A DNA stretch of 64,000 nt from Alphaproteobacteria bacterium (GTDB lineage: Bacteria; Pseudomonadota; Alphaproteobacteria; UBA828), in contig CBDCQT010000013.1 in the NCBI GenBank assembly GCA_965220745.1, positions 672,001-736,000 of the forward strand, written 5' to 3'. The notes beneath the pieces were generated by a model. That model saw only the letters and a program-made list of their open reading frames with translations. It was not told the DNA's origin and did no database searches. A program made the position numbers and the translations under genes. Shown one piece after another: positions 37,290-47,357 of the stretch (the first letter of the stretch is position 1; every line of letters starts with the position of its first letter).

Positions 37290-37490
37290 CAGGCTGCAAC
37301 GGCTGCGGTTGCACGATTTGAGGCACATCGCCGCCAGCCAGGCCGTCATGTCCGGCGAGAACCTGCCGTTGGTCGGCAAGCTGCTCGGACACTGCAGGCA
37401 CGAGACGATGGCGGGGTATGCCCATCTTGCGGACGCCCACCTTGTCGCCGCGGCTGAACAGGTTGGCTCGGTCATCGCAACGGCTATGGA
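37290..37490 (+). pseudogene. C-terminal remnant of a third tyrosine integrase
   Basis: LRLHDLRHIAASQAVMSGENLPLVGKLLGH...GYAHLAD. Confidence 0.8.
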
Positions 37491-37739
37491 GTCCGCCCAG
37501 CCAAGGGGTTGCCGGATCGATCCCGAAGTCCGACAATCGCCCCTGCGACAACCGGCAGAGACCCGATGTCGGGTCACCTGCTGAATAGAACAGCACCGAT
37601 CCGGCGACGGTTTGGCCACCATCGCCTGGCGCGAATAGGCAGGACTTCTTCGCATTCTCTGCGTGGTTGTCGCATGGCCCGGCACCAATCCCGTGCCGGG
37701 ACACGGACACGATGCTGATCAAGGGAGTGAGAAAGGCGC

Positions 37740-39215
37740 ATGACTTACCCGGATAGAAAATTGGGGCGAGCCGCGACGCTGGCCGTCGCTGCCACGTTCG
37801 CCCTGTCAACTCTTGCTGCCTGTGGCGGTGGCGGCGGTGGAGGCGGACCCACATCGATGATGCCTCCCGGCGGCGGTCAAACGATTCCGACACGGGCAGA
37901 TGCCCTGACAAATTCGGTGACGGCGGCCAACGCGGCCGCCAAGATCGCGCGAGCCGCAGCAGCCCAACCCGCGCCGGGCAGCGTCACGCAGTCCTCGAAC
38001 GTGGACAGCAGAAACATTACGATCGATCAGGTGGAAATCACCGCGCGGCACGGGTCCGGCGGCCCCAGCTTCTCCGTTCGTAACGGCACGGCGTGGTCTA
38101 TCGGCACGAGCGACGGCGATCCCCAACGGATCTCCGGCACTCCGTCGCCGTGGCAAGGCGTCGAGTTGGCCAAGCGCATTGGCGACGGCACACTCTACGT
38201 CGATGCCTACACGGATATCGAAGCGCCCGCGACACGGCAAGTCGGCGGTGGCGACGACGGTACGAGAGATGTTCTGCTCGGGACGATGATCCTGAGCTCC
38301 GGAACCACGATATCCGCCGGCGGCGGAATCTCCGGGCAGCGAGGAACCCTGGACGGCGACCCGGGAACTTTCAACTGCAGCGGGGGATGCACAGTATCGA
38401 ATGGAACCGCGACGAGAGGAATGTGGACGTTTACGCCGGATCGTCCGCCCGGAGCCGTCGATGTTTCGAGTTCCGACACGGTGGCGTGGTCCGGATCGTT
38501 TAACAGCAGTCGTCTTCCGGGAACCCGCAACGGCCAGCAGGGATGGTTCCGCTGCGTTTCGCTGTCGTGTGGCCACAGCACATCGACCGTCAATGGTCAA
38601 ACCCGAAGGATGCTCACAGGGAGTTGGATTTTCGTATCCTCGACGGCGACGACGGTCACGACGCCGGATGCCGACTATCTCGCGGGCGGCGTATGGCTGA
38701 TTGTCCCCGACGATGCGGCCAGCGCTGCCAACTATGAGTTCGGTGCATTCGCCGATGGCAACGATCCGTTCTTGCAGAGCAGGCTTGCCGCCGTCAGGGG
38801 CAGGGCAACCTACACAGGCGACGCGACCGGCGTGTACTCGGCGAAGGAAGCTGGAGAGACTGCCGTCGGGTACCTGGAGGCGGATGTCCGATTGACCGCA
38901 AACTTCGGCGGCGCGACCGACCTCGGCACGATCAGCGGGTCGATGACCAATTTTGTTGTCGATGACTATCCCGAGGAAGGCACATTGATCTTGGGGGCGG
39001 CCCGCATCGGCGCACGGAACGCGGGATTCTTCCAGGGCTCGGTTTCCGACGACGGCGCCAGCGATTCGTATCGTTTCACTGGACACTGGGGCGGCCAGTT
39101 TTTCGGCAACGGGGAGTCGGACGGCAAACCGGGTTCGGTCGCCGGAACGTTTGGCGCGCATTCCACAGACAATGTCGTCAGCTTCGTCGGCGCGTTCGGC
39201 GCTCACAAGCAGTAG
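37740..39215 (+). CDS. TbpB-like surface lipoprotein (Slam/T11SS-type substrate)
   Basis: Lipobox TLAAC plus poly-Gly linker; C-terminal barrel motifs ATYTG.ATG.Y, WGGQFFG, VAGTFGA, FVGAFGA; lower GC. Confidence 0.75.
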   Translation: MTYPDRKLGRAATLAVAATFALSTLAACGGGGGGGGPTSMMPPGGGQTIPTRADALTNSVTAANAAAKIARAAAAQPAPGSVTQSSNVDSRNITIDQVEITARHGSGGPSFSVRNGTAWSIGTSDGDPQRISGTPSPWQGVELAKRIGDGTLYVDAYTDIEAPATRQVGGGDDGTRDVLLGTMILSSGTTISAGGGISGQRGTLDGDPGTFNCSGGCTVSNGTATRGMWTFTPDRPPGAVDVSSSDTVAWSGSFNSSRLPGTRNGQQGWFRCVSLSCGHSTSTVNGQTRRMLTGSWIFVSSTATTVTTPDADYLAGGVWLIVPDDAASAANYEFGAFADGNDPFLQSRLAAVRGRATYTGDATGVYSAKEAGETAVGYLEADVRLTANFGGATDLGTISGSMTNFVVDDYPEEGTLILGAARIGARNAGFFQGSVSDDGASDSYRFTGHWGGQFFGNGESDGKPGSVAGTFGAHSTDNVVSFVGAFGAHKQ

Positions 39216-39244
39216 GTCGTTTACCAACCCGCTTCGAAAGCGGC

Positions 39245-39278
39245 AGAAGGGCAGTCCTGTGGCTGCCCTTCTCGTTTG
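39245..39278 (+). terminator. Hairpin after the lipoprotein gene
   Basis: agaagggcagtc-ctgt-ggctgcccttct followed by cgttt. Confidence 0.55.
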
Positions 39279-39828
39279 TCAGCGATACCCGCATTGATGT
39301 GTCATCTCGCGCTTCCTGTACTACCGCCCGGAAGCCGCGCGGCGAAGCAGAGACTGTCTTCACAAGTGCGCGGTGGGCGCTGCCGCTCAAGCGTCGCTCG
39401 GGCTAAGTGCCTGTACAACGGGCTTTCGTCGCCTGACGGATTGAGCGGGCAGCGCGATGGGGACGCCCTGCGGCGTCCAAATCTCACTGCGGATCGCAGG
39501 TCAGAACCTCGGCCACCCGCCGGTAATGGTTCACGGCCGCAAGCGTCGTGTCCCGACTCTTCGACATCCTCCGACGCCCTGGCGCCGCCCCACACCGGCG
39601 GCAGCCGCTCCGACGGCCCGATCTACTCGGGACGGTCCCCCGCCCCGGTCGTCCCGGGCACTAGGAATCGGCGGCGTCAGTCGAACCGCGCGCCGCCGTC
39701 ACGCCGCTTTCCGTCGTTGACGCCCGTGCGCCGCCATGAGCGAGAGGCTGGCCGTGACGCGGGCGGCGGGGGCGGCGCTGCGGAGCGGGTCCCCGCCGTC
39801 GACAACCACCACCGGGGGAGACGGCAAG

Positions 39829-40152
39829 ATGCGAACCGGCCGGATGTTCCATCGCGACGCGCAGACGTTCCTGGTCCACCTGTTCGGAAGAGGCCTCGAC
39901 GACGAGCGCTACGTGGTCGAGAAGTACCGCTCGCATCCCAACGGACAGATCGAGCCCATCCAGGCGAAGCAGCCCACGACGAAGGGCCGGCGCAGGCAAC
40001 GGCGCACGATCGCGAGCCTGGCCGCCGTCAAGCGGATGCGGCCTGGGCGAGATGAGATCATCGTCTGCACGGCGCTCAACCAGAAAGGATCCGGCGTCCA
40101 GCTCTGGGGCCTCGCGGCCAGCGGTCTCCGCGCCGCCCGCCAGTTGCGCTGA
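39829..40152 (+). CDS. Hypothetical basic protein
   Basis: ATG after GGGGAG; high GC3; ends just before the CxxC gene. Confidence 0.55.
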   Translation: MRTGRMFHRDAQTFLVHLFGRGLDDERYVVEKYRSHPNGQIEPIQAKQPTTKGRRRQRRTIASLAAVKRMRPGRDEIIVCTALNQKGSGVQLWGLAASGLRAARQLR

Positions 40153-40155
40153 TCG

Positions 40156-40977
40156 GTGACCCCGGTCATGCCGCCGGAAATGACCGCCGAGGAGGGGGCG
40201 TGCGGCCGCAGCCGCCAGCAGCGGCTCCGTGCCGCGCGCACCGCGAACGGCCGTTGCCCGCGCTGTGGCAAGGCCGCGCCGGAGCCCGGCCTCAAGCTGT
40301 GCCGTCGCTGTGGCGAGAAGCGCCGCGCCGCCGAGCGTGCCCGCCGCGAGAAGGCGCGGGCCAAAGGTCTCCCCTACGCCGGCCGCGATCCGGAGCGCTG
40401 CCGCCGCGCCGCTCGCGCCGGGGACAGGCAGCGGAGGAAAGCGTGGCGCGACGCGGGACTTTGCACATCCTGCGGGCGCGGGAGGCCCGCCGACCGCCGC
40501 TCCGTCTGCGAGCCATGCGCCGACGCAGCCCGCGCCGCTGCCCGCGCCCGCTACGCCGCGCGCAGAGCGGCCCGTATCTGTGTGCGCTGCAAGCAGACCA
40601 CGGTTGGCGGTTCGTCCAGATGCGGCCGGTGCTCGGCGCTGGAGGCGGAACGCGCGTCTCCCGTACGCCGCAGCTCCGCGCGCAAGAAGCGATACGTCAG
40701 AAGGCGTGCCAGGCATCTTTGCGTTGATTGCGGGGTCGATACGGCGGGTTCAGCGCGCTGTCCGCGCTGCGCGTATCGATCCAATGCACGCGCGCCCATG
40801 CGCCACGACGTGGCGATCTCGCCCTTCTACACCGTGATCGAAATTGCCAGCGGCGCCGATCACGGCACCTACGAAAGCGAGAGCGAGGTGGCGGCCTGCC
40901 TCGTCTTCGCCGGGCTGCGGCCCGACCAGGTGGAAGTGCGGACCAACGTGCCCCTCCTCGCGATTTGCGCGCAGTGA
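40156..40977 (+). CDS. Arg-rich multi-CxxC (zinc-ribbon repeat) protein
   Basis: Eight CxxC motifs: CPRC, CRRC, CTSC, CEPC, CVRC, CGRC, CVDC, CPRC. Confidence 0.7.
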   Translation: MTPVMPPEMTAEEGACGRSRQQRLRAARTANGRCPRCGKAAPEPGLKLCRRCGEKRRAAERARREKARAKGLPYAGRDPERCRRAARAGDRQRRKAWRDAGLCTSCGRGRPADRRSVCEPCADAARAAARARYAARRAARICVRCKQTTVGGSSRCGRCSALEAERASPVRRSSARKKRYVRRRARHLCVDCGVDTAGSARCPRCAYRSNARAPMRHDVAISPFYTVIEIASGADHGTYESESEVAACLVFAGLRPDQVEVRTNVPLLAICAQ

Positions 40978-41142
40978 CCGTCCACACACCGCCAGGCACG
41001 CACCGGCGGGTCCGCCGTGACCTTCCGCAATCTGCGTCCGTCAGGGACGTGCCGGCGGTCAAGGCGCTCTTGCGGACAAATCGCCTTGACGCAGGTCGTG
41101 ACGATCCATGAATGTACTATCTACTAGCGTGAGGGAAGAGCC

Positions 41143-41391
41143 ATGCGCACCGTCTCCCTGATGACCGCCAACCAGGAGTTCTCGAAGCTCGTCCGCGAAG
41201 TCGAGCGCGGCGAGGGCTTCCTGATCACCCGCCGCGGGCGGCCCGTTGCCAAGCTCGTACCCCACAGCGCCGACAAGGACGCCGATCCCGAGTGGGCGGC
41301 GGCCCACCGGCGCATGATGGCGCGGCTGAAAGAGGGAGCGTCGCTCGGCGGCCTCAGGATCGAACGGGCCGCGCTTTATGACCGTGGTTAA
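41143..41391 (+). CDS. Phd/YefM antitoxin
   Basis: ANQEFSKLVREVERGEGFLITRRGRPVAKLVP. Confidence 0.9.
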   Translation: MRTVSLMTANQEFSKLVREVERGEGFLITRRGRPVAKLVPHSADKDADPEWAAAHRRMMARLKEGASLGGLRIERAALYDRG

Positions 41392-41839
41392 GGGGCGCTT
41401 CTCTCTGGATACCAACATTCTGGTCTATGCGGTCGACCGGGACGGCAGCGAGCGGCACTGGCTCTCCATGGAGCTGGTGGGGCGGGCGGCCCGGCGCGAC
41501 TGCGTCCTGACGGTTCAGGCGCTGGCCGAGTTCTTTCATGCCACCACCCGGAAGAACCTGCTCGAACCGTCCGAAGCCGGCCGGTTCGTGCGCGACTGGC
41601 TGGAGGTGTTCGAGGTCGCATCGGCCGACGGCGCGGCTCTCGCCGAGGCGATGGCAGCGGTGGACGAGCACCGGTTCTCGTTCTGGGACGCGATGCTCTG
41701 GGCGACCGCGAGGCAGGCGGGCTGCTCTGTCCTCGTGAGCGAAGACATGCAGCATGGACGCCGTCTAGGCGGCGTGGAGTTCGTCAACCCGTTCGCGCCC
41801 GACGGCCCCCCGGCGATGGCGACGATGTTCGATCTGTGA
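41378..41839 (+). CDS. PIN/VapC toxin
   Basis: LDTNILVYA, QALAEF, SFWDAMLWATA, SEDMQHG. Confidence 0.9.
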   Translation: MTVVKGRFSLDTNILVYAVDRDGSERHWLSMELVGRAARRDCVLTVQALAEFFHATTRKNLLEPSEAGRFVRDWLEVFEVASADGAALAEAMAAVDEHRFSFWDAMLWATARQAGCSVLVSEDMQHGRRLGGVEFVNPFAPDGPPAMATMFDL

Positions 41840-42167
41840 GCTCCGCCGGCTAACCCGAGCTCTGCGCCTCCCGGCTCCGCAGGCCGCCCCGCCCTGGCGC
41901 TCCCGCCGACGCGGCACCGAGCCGCCGCACCCCTCAAGCAAGGGCAACAGCATCCCGCTCTACCGATCCTCCTGGCGCCGAGCGTAGCGCCGCCATAGGG
42001 GCGGCAGGACGTGCGGGCTGCGATGTCCTTGAGAACCCGGCAGGCGTCGGGGCAGGCGGCGGCCGGGAGGAGGAGAGTGGCTTTGGAGAAGTGAACGTGA
42101 GGTGGATCGAGAGAGATCGCCCCGTTCGCCAACCATCGTCAGAACTCGCACGTGAAGGAGCACGATC

Positions 42168-42617
42168 ATGAGTTTCGGACTGAACCGCGCAGAAGTCATT
42201 GGCCGCCTGGGTGCGGACGTCACCATCAACAGCCTCGCCTCCGGCGGGCGCGTGGCCAACATGAGCGTGGCGACCGATGAGTCGTATATCGACAGGGCCG
42301 CCGGCGGCGAGCGGATCGACAAGACAGAGTGGCATCGCGTCGTCAGCTTCCAGGACGGGCTGATCGACATGCTGGCGAAGCACGCGAAGAAGGGCCGGCT
42401 GGTGTACGTCGCGGGCAAGATGCAGACCAGGAAGTGGCGCAAGGAGGGCGAGGACAGCGACCGGTTCTCCACCGAGATCCTGTTGGTGCCCGGTTCGCGC
42501 GTCCAATTCCTGGACAAGCCTGCCGGCACCAACGGCAACGGCACGGCACCGGCCGACGGTGAGGCTCCGCCGGCCGGCGATGCCGCTTCGACAGGTGCCG
42601 ACGGCATTACATTCTAG
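42168..42617 (+). CDS. ssb: Single-stranded DNA-binding protein
   Basis: LNRAEVIGRLGAD, SVATDESY, TEWHRVV, C-terminal DGITF. Confidence 0.95.
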   Translation: MSFGLNRAEVIGRLGADVTINSLASGGRVANMSVATDESYIDRAAGGERIDKTEWHRVVSFQDGLIDMLAKHAKKGRLVYVAGKMQTRKWRKEGEDSDRFSTEILLVPGSRVQFLDKPAGTNGNGTAPADGEAPPAGDAASTGADGITF

Positions 42618-42902
42618 CGACCCTCCCCGCAGCGGGTTCCTACGCCCGCTCGCCCCATGGCCGGCCCCGCGTCCCTCCCGCGCGGGGTCGGCCATTTCTT
42701 ATGCAGCCCGATCCGAGCCCTTCACAGGACGGACGGCGGGGCTCGCGCTTCGCGCGCCGCCCCTCGTCCCGGCGCCGACAAGAGTAAGGAGACGCCGGGA
42801 CCGGGGCGCGTCCCATGCTGCGTCCAGCGAGGTCCCCATGCTCCCCATGACCGCCGACGGTCCCGGCTTCGCCGGCTCCCGCCCACGCCCGAGGAGTGCG
42901 CC

Positions 42903-43883
42903 ATGAACGCGGCCGCCGTCGCCGCAGCGCTTGCCGAGCGCGCCGAGGAGGTCTGCCGCCGATACCTGCCCTACGGACGCCGCCGGGGCCGGTACTGGGT
43001 CGCGGGCGACCTCGACGGCGGGCGCGGGCGATCCCTCTTCGTCCGCCTCGCGCCTCCGGGCGTGCCGGGGAAATTCACCGATGCGGCCACGGCCGAGCAT
43101 GGCGATCTTCTCGACATCGTCCGCCACCGCATCAACGCGCCGACGCTTCGCGCGGCGCTCGACGAAGCGCGCGCCTTCCTCGCCCGGCCGGCCGTGCCGG
43201 CCCAGGGCGCGGGCGACGCCTACGACGCCACCGAGGCGGCACGCCGCCTCTGGCGCCGCTGCCGCGCCATCGACGGCACCCATGCAGAAGCCTACCTTCA
43301 CGCTAGGGGGCTCGCGCGCTGCCGCTTCCCCGCCCTGCGCTATCACCCTGCGTTGCTCTACAGGGGTGTCGGTGGCGTGCGCCGCCTGCCGGCCCTGGTC
43401 GCCGCCGTCACCGGCTCCGATGAAGCCGTCTGCGGCGTGCTGCGAACGTGGTTGCACCCGACCGAGCCCGCCAAGGCGAATGTGAGTCGCCCGCGCAAGG
43501 CGCTGGGCCGCGTACACGGCCATGCCGTGCGCTTCGGCCGCCCCGCCGACGGAGCTTCGCTCCTCGTCGGCGAGGGCATCGAGACGGTGCTCTCCCTGGT
43601 GACCGCCTCGCCCGAGATCACCGCCGCCGCAGCGCTGTCCGCCGGCAGCCTCGGCGCCTTCGCGCCGCCTGCCGGCACAGCCCGCCTCGTCATCGCCAGG
43701 GACAACGACGAAGAAGGCGAGCGCGCGGCTCTCCGCCTCGCCCGGCGCTGCGCGCGGGCGGGCGTCGCCGCCACCGTCATCGTGCCTCGCGGCACCGACT
43801 TCAACGAGGATTTGCTCACCTTCGGTCCCGCCGCGCTCGCCGCCTGGACGGCGGCCGCGCTCGCAGACCGGGAGCCCGGGTGA
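42903..43883 (+). CDS. Toprim-domain primase-like protein (paralogue 2)
   Basis: Same motifs as 31799-32830. Confidence 0.85.
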   Translation: MNAAAVAAALAERAEEVCRRYLPYGRRRGRYWVAGDLDGGRGRSLFVRLAPPGVPGKFTDAATAEHGDLLDIVRHRINAPTLRAALDEARAFLARPAVPAQGAGDAYDATEAARRLWRRCRAIDGTHAEAYLHARGLARCRFPALRYHPALLYRGVGGVRRLPALVAAVTGSDEAVCGVLRTWLHPTEPAKANVSRPRKALGRVHGHAVRFGRPADGASLLVGEGIETVLSLVTASPEITAAAALSAGSLGAFAPPAGTARLVIARDNDEEGERAALRLARRCARAGVAATVIVPRGTDFNEDLLTFGPAALAAWTAAALADREPG

Positions 43884-43959
43884 AGCGGGCAAGGGGCGAG
43901 CCGCATGGAGAGCAGAGAGAGTCCTCTCCGCGCCGGCAGCACGCTACGGGGAGAAGACC

Positions 43960-44187
43960 ATGAGCAGCGACATCAGGTTCCGGCGGGTGGGCGAGAACGA
44001 GGCCCGCGTCTATCAGGACGGCGACCACGTCGGGGACGTCTATCGCCAGGACGACATCCTCAACCGCGGCGCGGTGTTCTACGTGGTGCATCTCAGCGAA
44101 GACCCCCGCGGCCCCGTCAGGGTGCACGAGCGCCATCGCGTCCGCGAGGTCGCCCGCCACCTCCTCGACACCCATCCGATGCTGTGA
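43960..44187 (+). CDS. Small conserved leading-region protein (paralogue 2)
   Basis: Homologous to 31502-31741; RBS ggag. Confidence 0.75.
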   Translation: MSSDIRFRRVGENEARVYQDGDHVGDVYRQDDILNRGAVFYVVHLSEDPRGPVRVHERHRVREVARHLLDTHPML

Positions 44188-44362
44188 GCGGTGACGAGCG
44201 GCACCGGCGGTGTCATCGGCGGCACCGGGAGCGGCTCGCTCTCGATCCCGTCGCCCGGCCCGCGGCCGGCACCGTGCCTCCCATCGCCTCGACGGCGCCA
44301 CGCCGCTCTCTCTCTTGCAGGATACAGAAACAAGGGGTCCGTCCGTCGTGATGTCCGAGGGT

Positions 44363-44702
44363 TCCACGCGTGCTCGCGGCAGCAACCCTGCGGGTCCTTC
44401 GGTCGCTCCGCTCCCTGCGGCCTGGCCCAAGGAACTGTAAGGCGGGCCGTGAAGTTCGGCGACCGTGAAGATGGCTTGCGAGTAATCGCCAACCGCCTCG
44501 TCTCGCAGCGCGCCGGCCCCTGACGCGGGGCCGTCGCGTCACGCTGCACCGCCTCAAATCCATTCGCGGAACCGTTCGTGGCGGCGCCTAGACGCCGGGC
44601 AGGCCCAAGCGGGCCTCCCCGGCCCGGCGCCGTAATGACCACTGGAATGGATTTGCTGCGGAGCACCGTTCCCACCGGCACGCCGGCACCATCTTCCGCA
44701 CC
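44363..44702. promoter_or_regulatory. Conserved structured non-coding element, copy 2
   Basis: Inverted homologue of 30925-31262 with the same aaatccattc/gaatggattt stem. Confidence 0.55.
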
Positions 44703-44834
44703 AGCTCGCCGAACTTCCGCGCCACCCCGCCTAACAGTTCCTAAGGCCAGGTGCTGCCTCTGCGCGCGCGTGAATCAAGAAGGACATCACAACGGGGCAC
44801 AGGGTCCCGGAGGTTGAACCAACAGGAGATCGTC

Positions 44835-45749
44835 ATGATCGACACTACCGCAACTGCTTCCTCCACTGCCACGGTCTGCGAGAGCATGGCCCTCTACGGC
44901 GCAGCGCCCGAGCGCGGCGAGCTCGACAGCAGGGTCGTCTGGGACGAGGACGACGCCATCGACGCGCTGAACGAAGCCATCCGCGTCATCGTCGAGGGTA
45001 TCACCGTAGACGGCACACAGATGGCCGACGAGCGCGAGCCCCTGATGTGGGGCCTGACCAACATGCTGCACTCCCAGATCACCCGCCTCGACCGCGCCGT
45101 CGACCGCATCGCGCCCGAGATGCGCGACCTCGAGAAGGCGCAGGATGGATCGGAGGTGAAGGCGCACGAGCTCGAGACGATGACCGACCGTGCCCGGAAC
45201 CTCGGCGACCGGCGCGACGCCTTCGAGAAGATGCGCGACCTCGCCGCCGACGCCTACCGCGTCGAGACCGGCGACACCTGGCGCCCGAGGCACGGCTCGC
45301 ACACGAGCCAGACCGGACAGCTCACCTCCGCCGCCATCGACGCCCGCGACTTCCGCAGAGCCCGCAAGGACCGCGAGACAAGAGCGCACCTGCCCGAGGG
45401 CACCCTGGTCGCCATCACCGGCGGCAAGACCGTCAGCGATGCCGACGCCGTCTGGAGCACGCTCGACATGGCGCGCGCCAAGTACGGCGACATGGTCCTG
45501 CTCCACGGTGGCGGTCCCGGCGTCGAGAAGGTCGCCGCGAGCTGGGCCGAGGCCAGAGGCGTCAACCAGGTCGTCTGCCGCCCCGACTGGACCGCCCACG
45601 GCAAGGCCGCGCCCTTCCGCCGCAACGACGAGCTGCTGAACTTCCTGCCCAAGGGCGTCATCGCATTCCCCGGCAGCGGCATCACCGGCAACCTCGTCGA
45701 CAAGGCGAAGACGTTGGGCATACCTGTGATGACCGTCAAAGCCGCGTAA
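44835..45749 (+). CDS. DUF2493 / YspA-SLOG domain protein (paralogue 2)
   Basis: Highly similar to 29870-30790; RBS aggag. Confidence 0.85.
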   Translation: MIDTTATASSTATVCESMALYGAAPERGELDSRVVWDEDDAIDALNEAIRVIVEGITVDGTQMADEREPLMWGLTNMLHSQITRLDRAVDRIAPEMRDLEKAQDGSEVKAHELETMTDRARNLGDRRDAFEKMRDLAADAYRVETGDTWRPRHGSHTSQTGQLTSAAIDARDFRRARKDRETRAHLPEGTLVAITGGKTVSDADAVWSTLDMARAKYGDMVLLHGGGPGVEKVAASWAEARGVNQVVCRPDWTAHGKAAPFRRNDELLNFLPKGVIAFPGSGITGNLVDKAKTLGIPVMTVKAA

Positions 45750-45767
45750 GCGGCGCTCGCCTCGACG

Positions 45768-45802
45768 AAGCGGCCGATCCCCGATGCGGGATCGGCCGCT
45801 TT
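45768..45802 (+). terminator. Intrinsic terminator
   Basis: aagcggccgatccc-cgatgc-gggatcggccgcttt. Confidence 0.7.
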
Positions 45803-46029
45803 CGTCGTGTTTCACGACGGGCATCACGAGCGTCGGCCTGTGCGCCGGCACATCGGCATGCGCACCGGAAAACCGAGTGCGTGCGCTCAGGCCGGCGTCG
45901 CCGCGCTTCGCGCTGCCTTGGTCAGTGTCGGCAGCAGCTGCGCTCGCGCCCGGCTCGGCGCTGCGCGCCGTCGCCGGACGCTCGCCTCGCAGCGGCGCGC
46001 GCATGGACTGCGCGCGCTCCCGCTTGTGC

Positions 46030-46705
46030 CGGTGACGATGATCGCGGCGATGAAGATGGCGAGGATGCACCGGCGAGTGCGGCCGCCGACATCGTTCCGC
46101 AAATCACCTTCGACCCATGGACTGCATCTCCCATGCGCGTGCTCGGCGTCAGCGCCGTCGCCGATGGCGACGAGCGCCTCGACGCCTCGCCCGACATCGG
46201 CGCCGCCGCGCCCGAACGGCCAGGCGTCGTCAAGCCCTGCACTCGTGGCGATCAAGGCGATCGGCACGCTGCGCCGATCGTGATCGCCAGCCTCTGCACG
46301 TCTTCCCGGTTGCCCTCCGGCCAACCAGCGCCGGATCGTTGCGGTCGCGTGTCCACCCTCCGCGAAAGCCGACCCTCGGCCCAGTCGCATGCCGCCGTCG
46401 CCGAGTGCTGCACCGGTGCGAGTGTCGCTGCGAGCGCCCCCGCTGCCGAAGATGACCATGACCATGACGATCGCAACGGAGCATCGCCGAGTGCGACAGC
46501 TACCGCCGTGCCGAACTTCACCTCCGGGAGACGAACTGCGAGACCCCTGTGCAGGCTCCCCGTCAGTGCCGCCGCCGATGGCGACGAGCGCTACGACGCC
46601 TCGCCCGACACTGGTGCCGCCTCGCCTGAACGGCCCGGCGTCACCGAGCCCCGCACTCGTGACGATCATGGTGATCGGTCAACTGCGCCTGCCATGATCG
46701 CATGC
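46030..46705 (+). repeat. Diverged tandem duplication, 414-bp period
   Basis: 46147 aligns with 46561, and 46075 with 46489; homologue on the minus strand at ~29570-29690. Confidence 0.7.
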
Positions 46706-46850
46706 CCGATCCGGTCGCGATGCACATCGTTGCGTGCCCGACCCGATCGCCCCTAAGCCCTGCGGACTCCGGTCTTATTCCTGCCGCAATTCAAAAGGGC
46801 TGGCCCTGACCGCTTCTATATCGAACTTGTGTCCCCCTCGACGCTTGCGC

Positions 46851-46990
46851 GCTTCTGTTCTCACACCTGACGCAGCTCGCTGCCAGCCTACGACATCACT
46901 ACGCTCAAGCACGTGGAGGATACGGTCTGCTACGATACTTCGTAGAAGAGCGTAGCTCAGAGGAGCCGGAATAACTGCGTCGCATTTTGC
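46851..46990 (-). other. oriT of element 2; predicted nic between 46863 and 46862 (minus strand)
   Basis: Minus strand reads GCAGC-GA-GCTGCGTCAGGTGT^GAGAACAGAAGC, same GGTGT^GAGAACAGAAGC as oriT1; CTACG/CGTAG repeats; lower GC. Confidence 0.75.
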
Positions 46991-47357
46991 GTCGCTCCGA
47001 GCTACATAAGAATTGTTCCCAATGAAGCAATGACTTGAGCGTCACGTTCGATAGAGCCTCGGGCATGGCGCTCAGATAGACATGGCACTGTTCCCATACC
47101 CGCATCCCGTTCTGCACCCGCATTCGGGGCACGGTCAACTGCTGCACATTGCGTTCGGTAGCGCGTAATCGAGTCAAAATCGACGACAATGTTTCCGTCA
47201 GAGGCCCTCCAATCGTCCAACAAACAACCCCGTTTCAGCTTCAAGGTTCCGCCAAACTCCGGTCACGGCGTCGCGCTGAGCACGATTCACCGTCGCGAAT
47301 GCGCGCCGCTTCACGGAAAATAGTGCGCGCATCGGCGCTGTAGGGGGGAATGGAACC

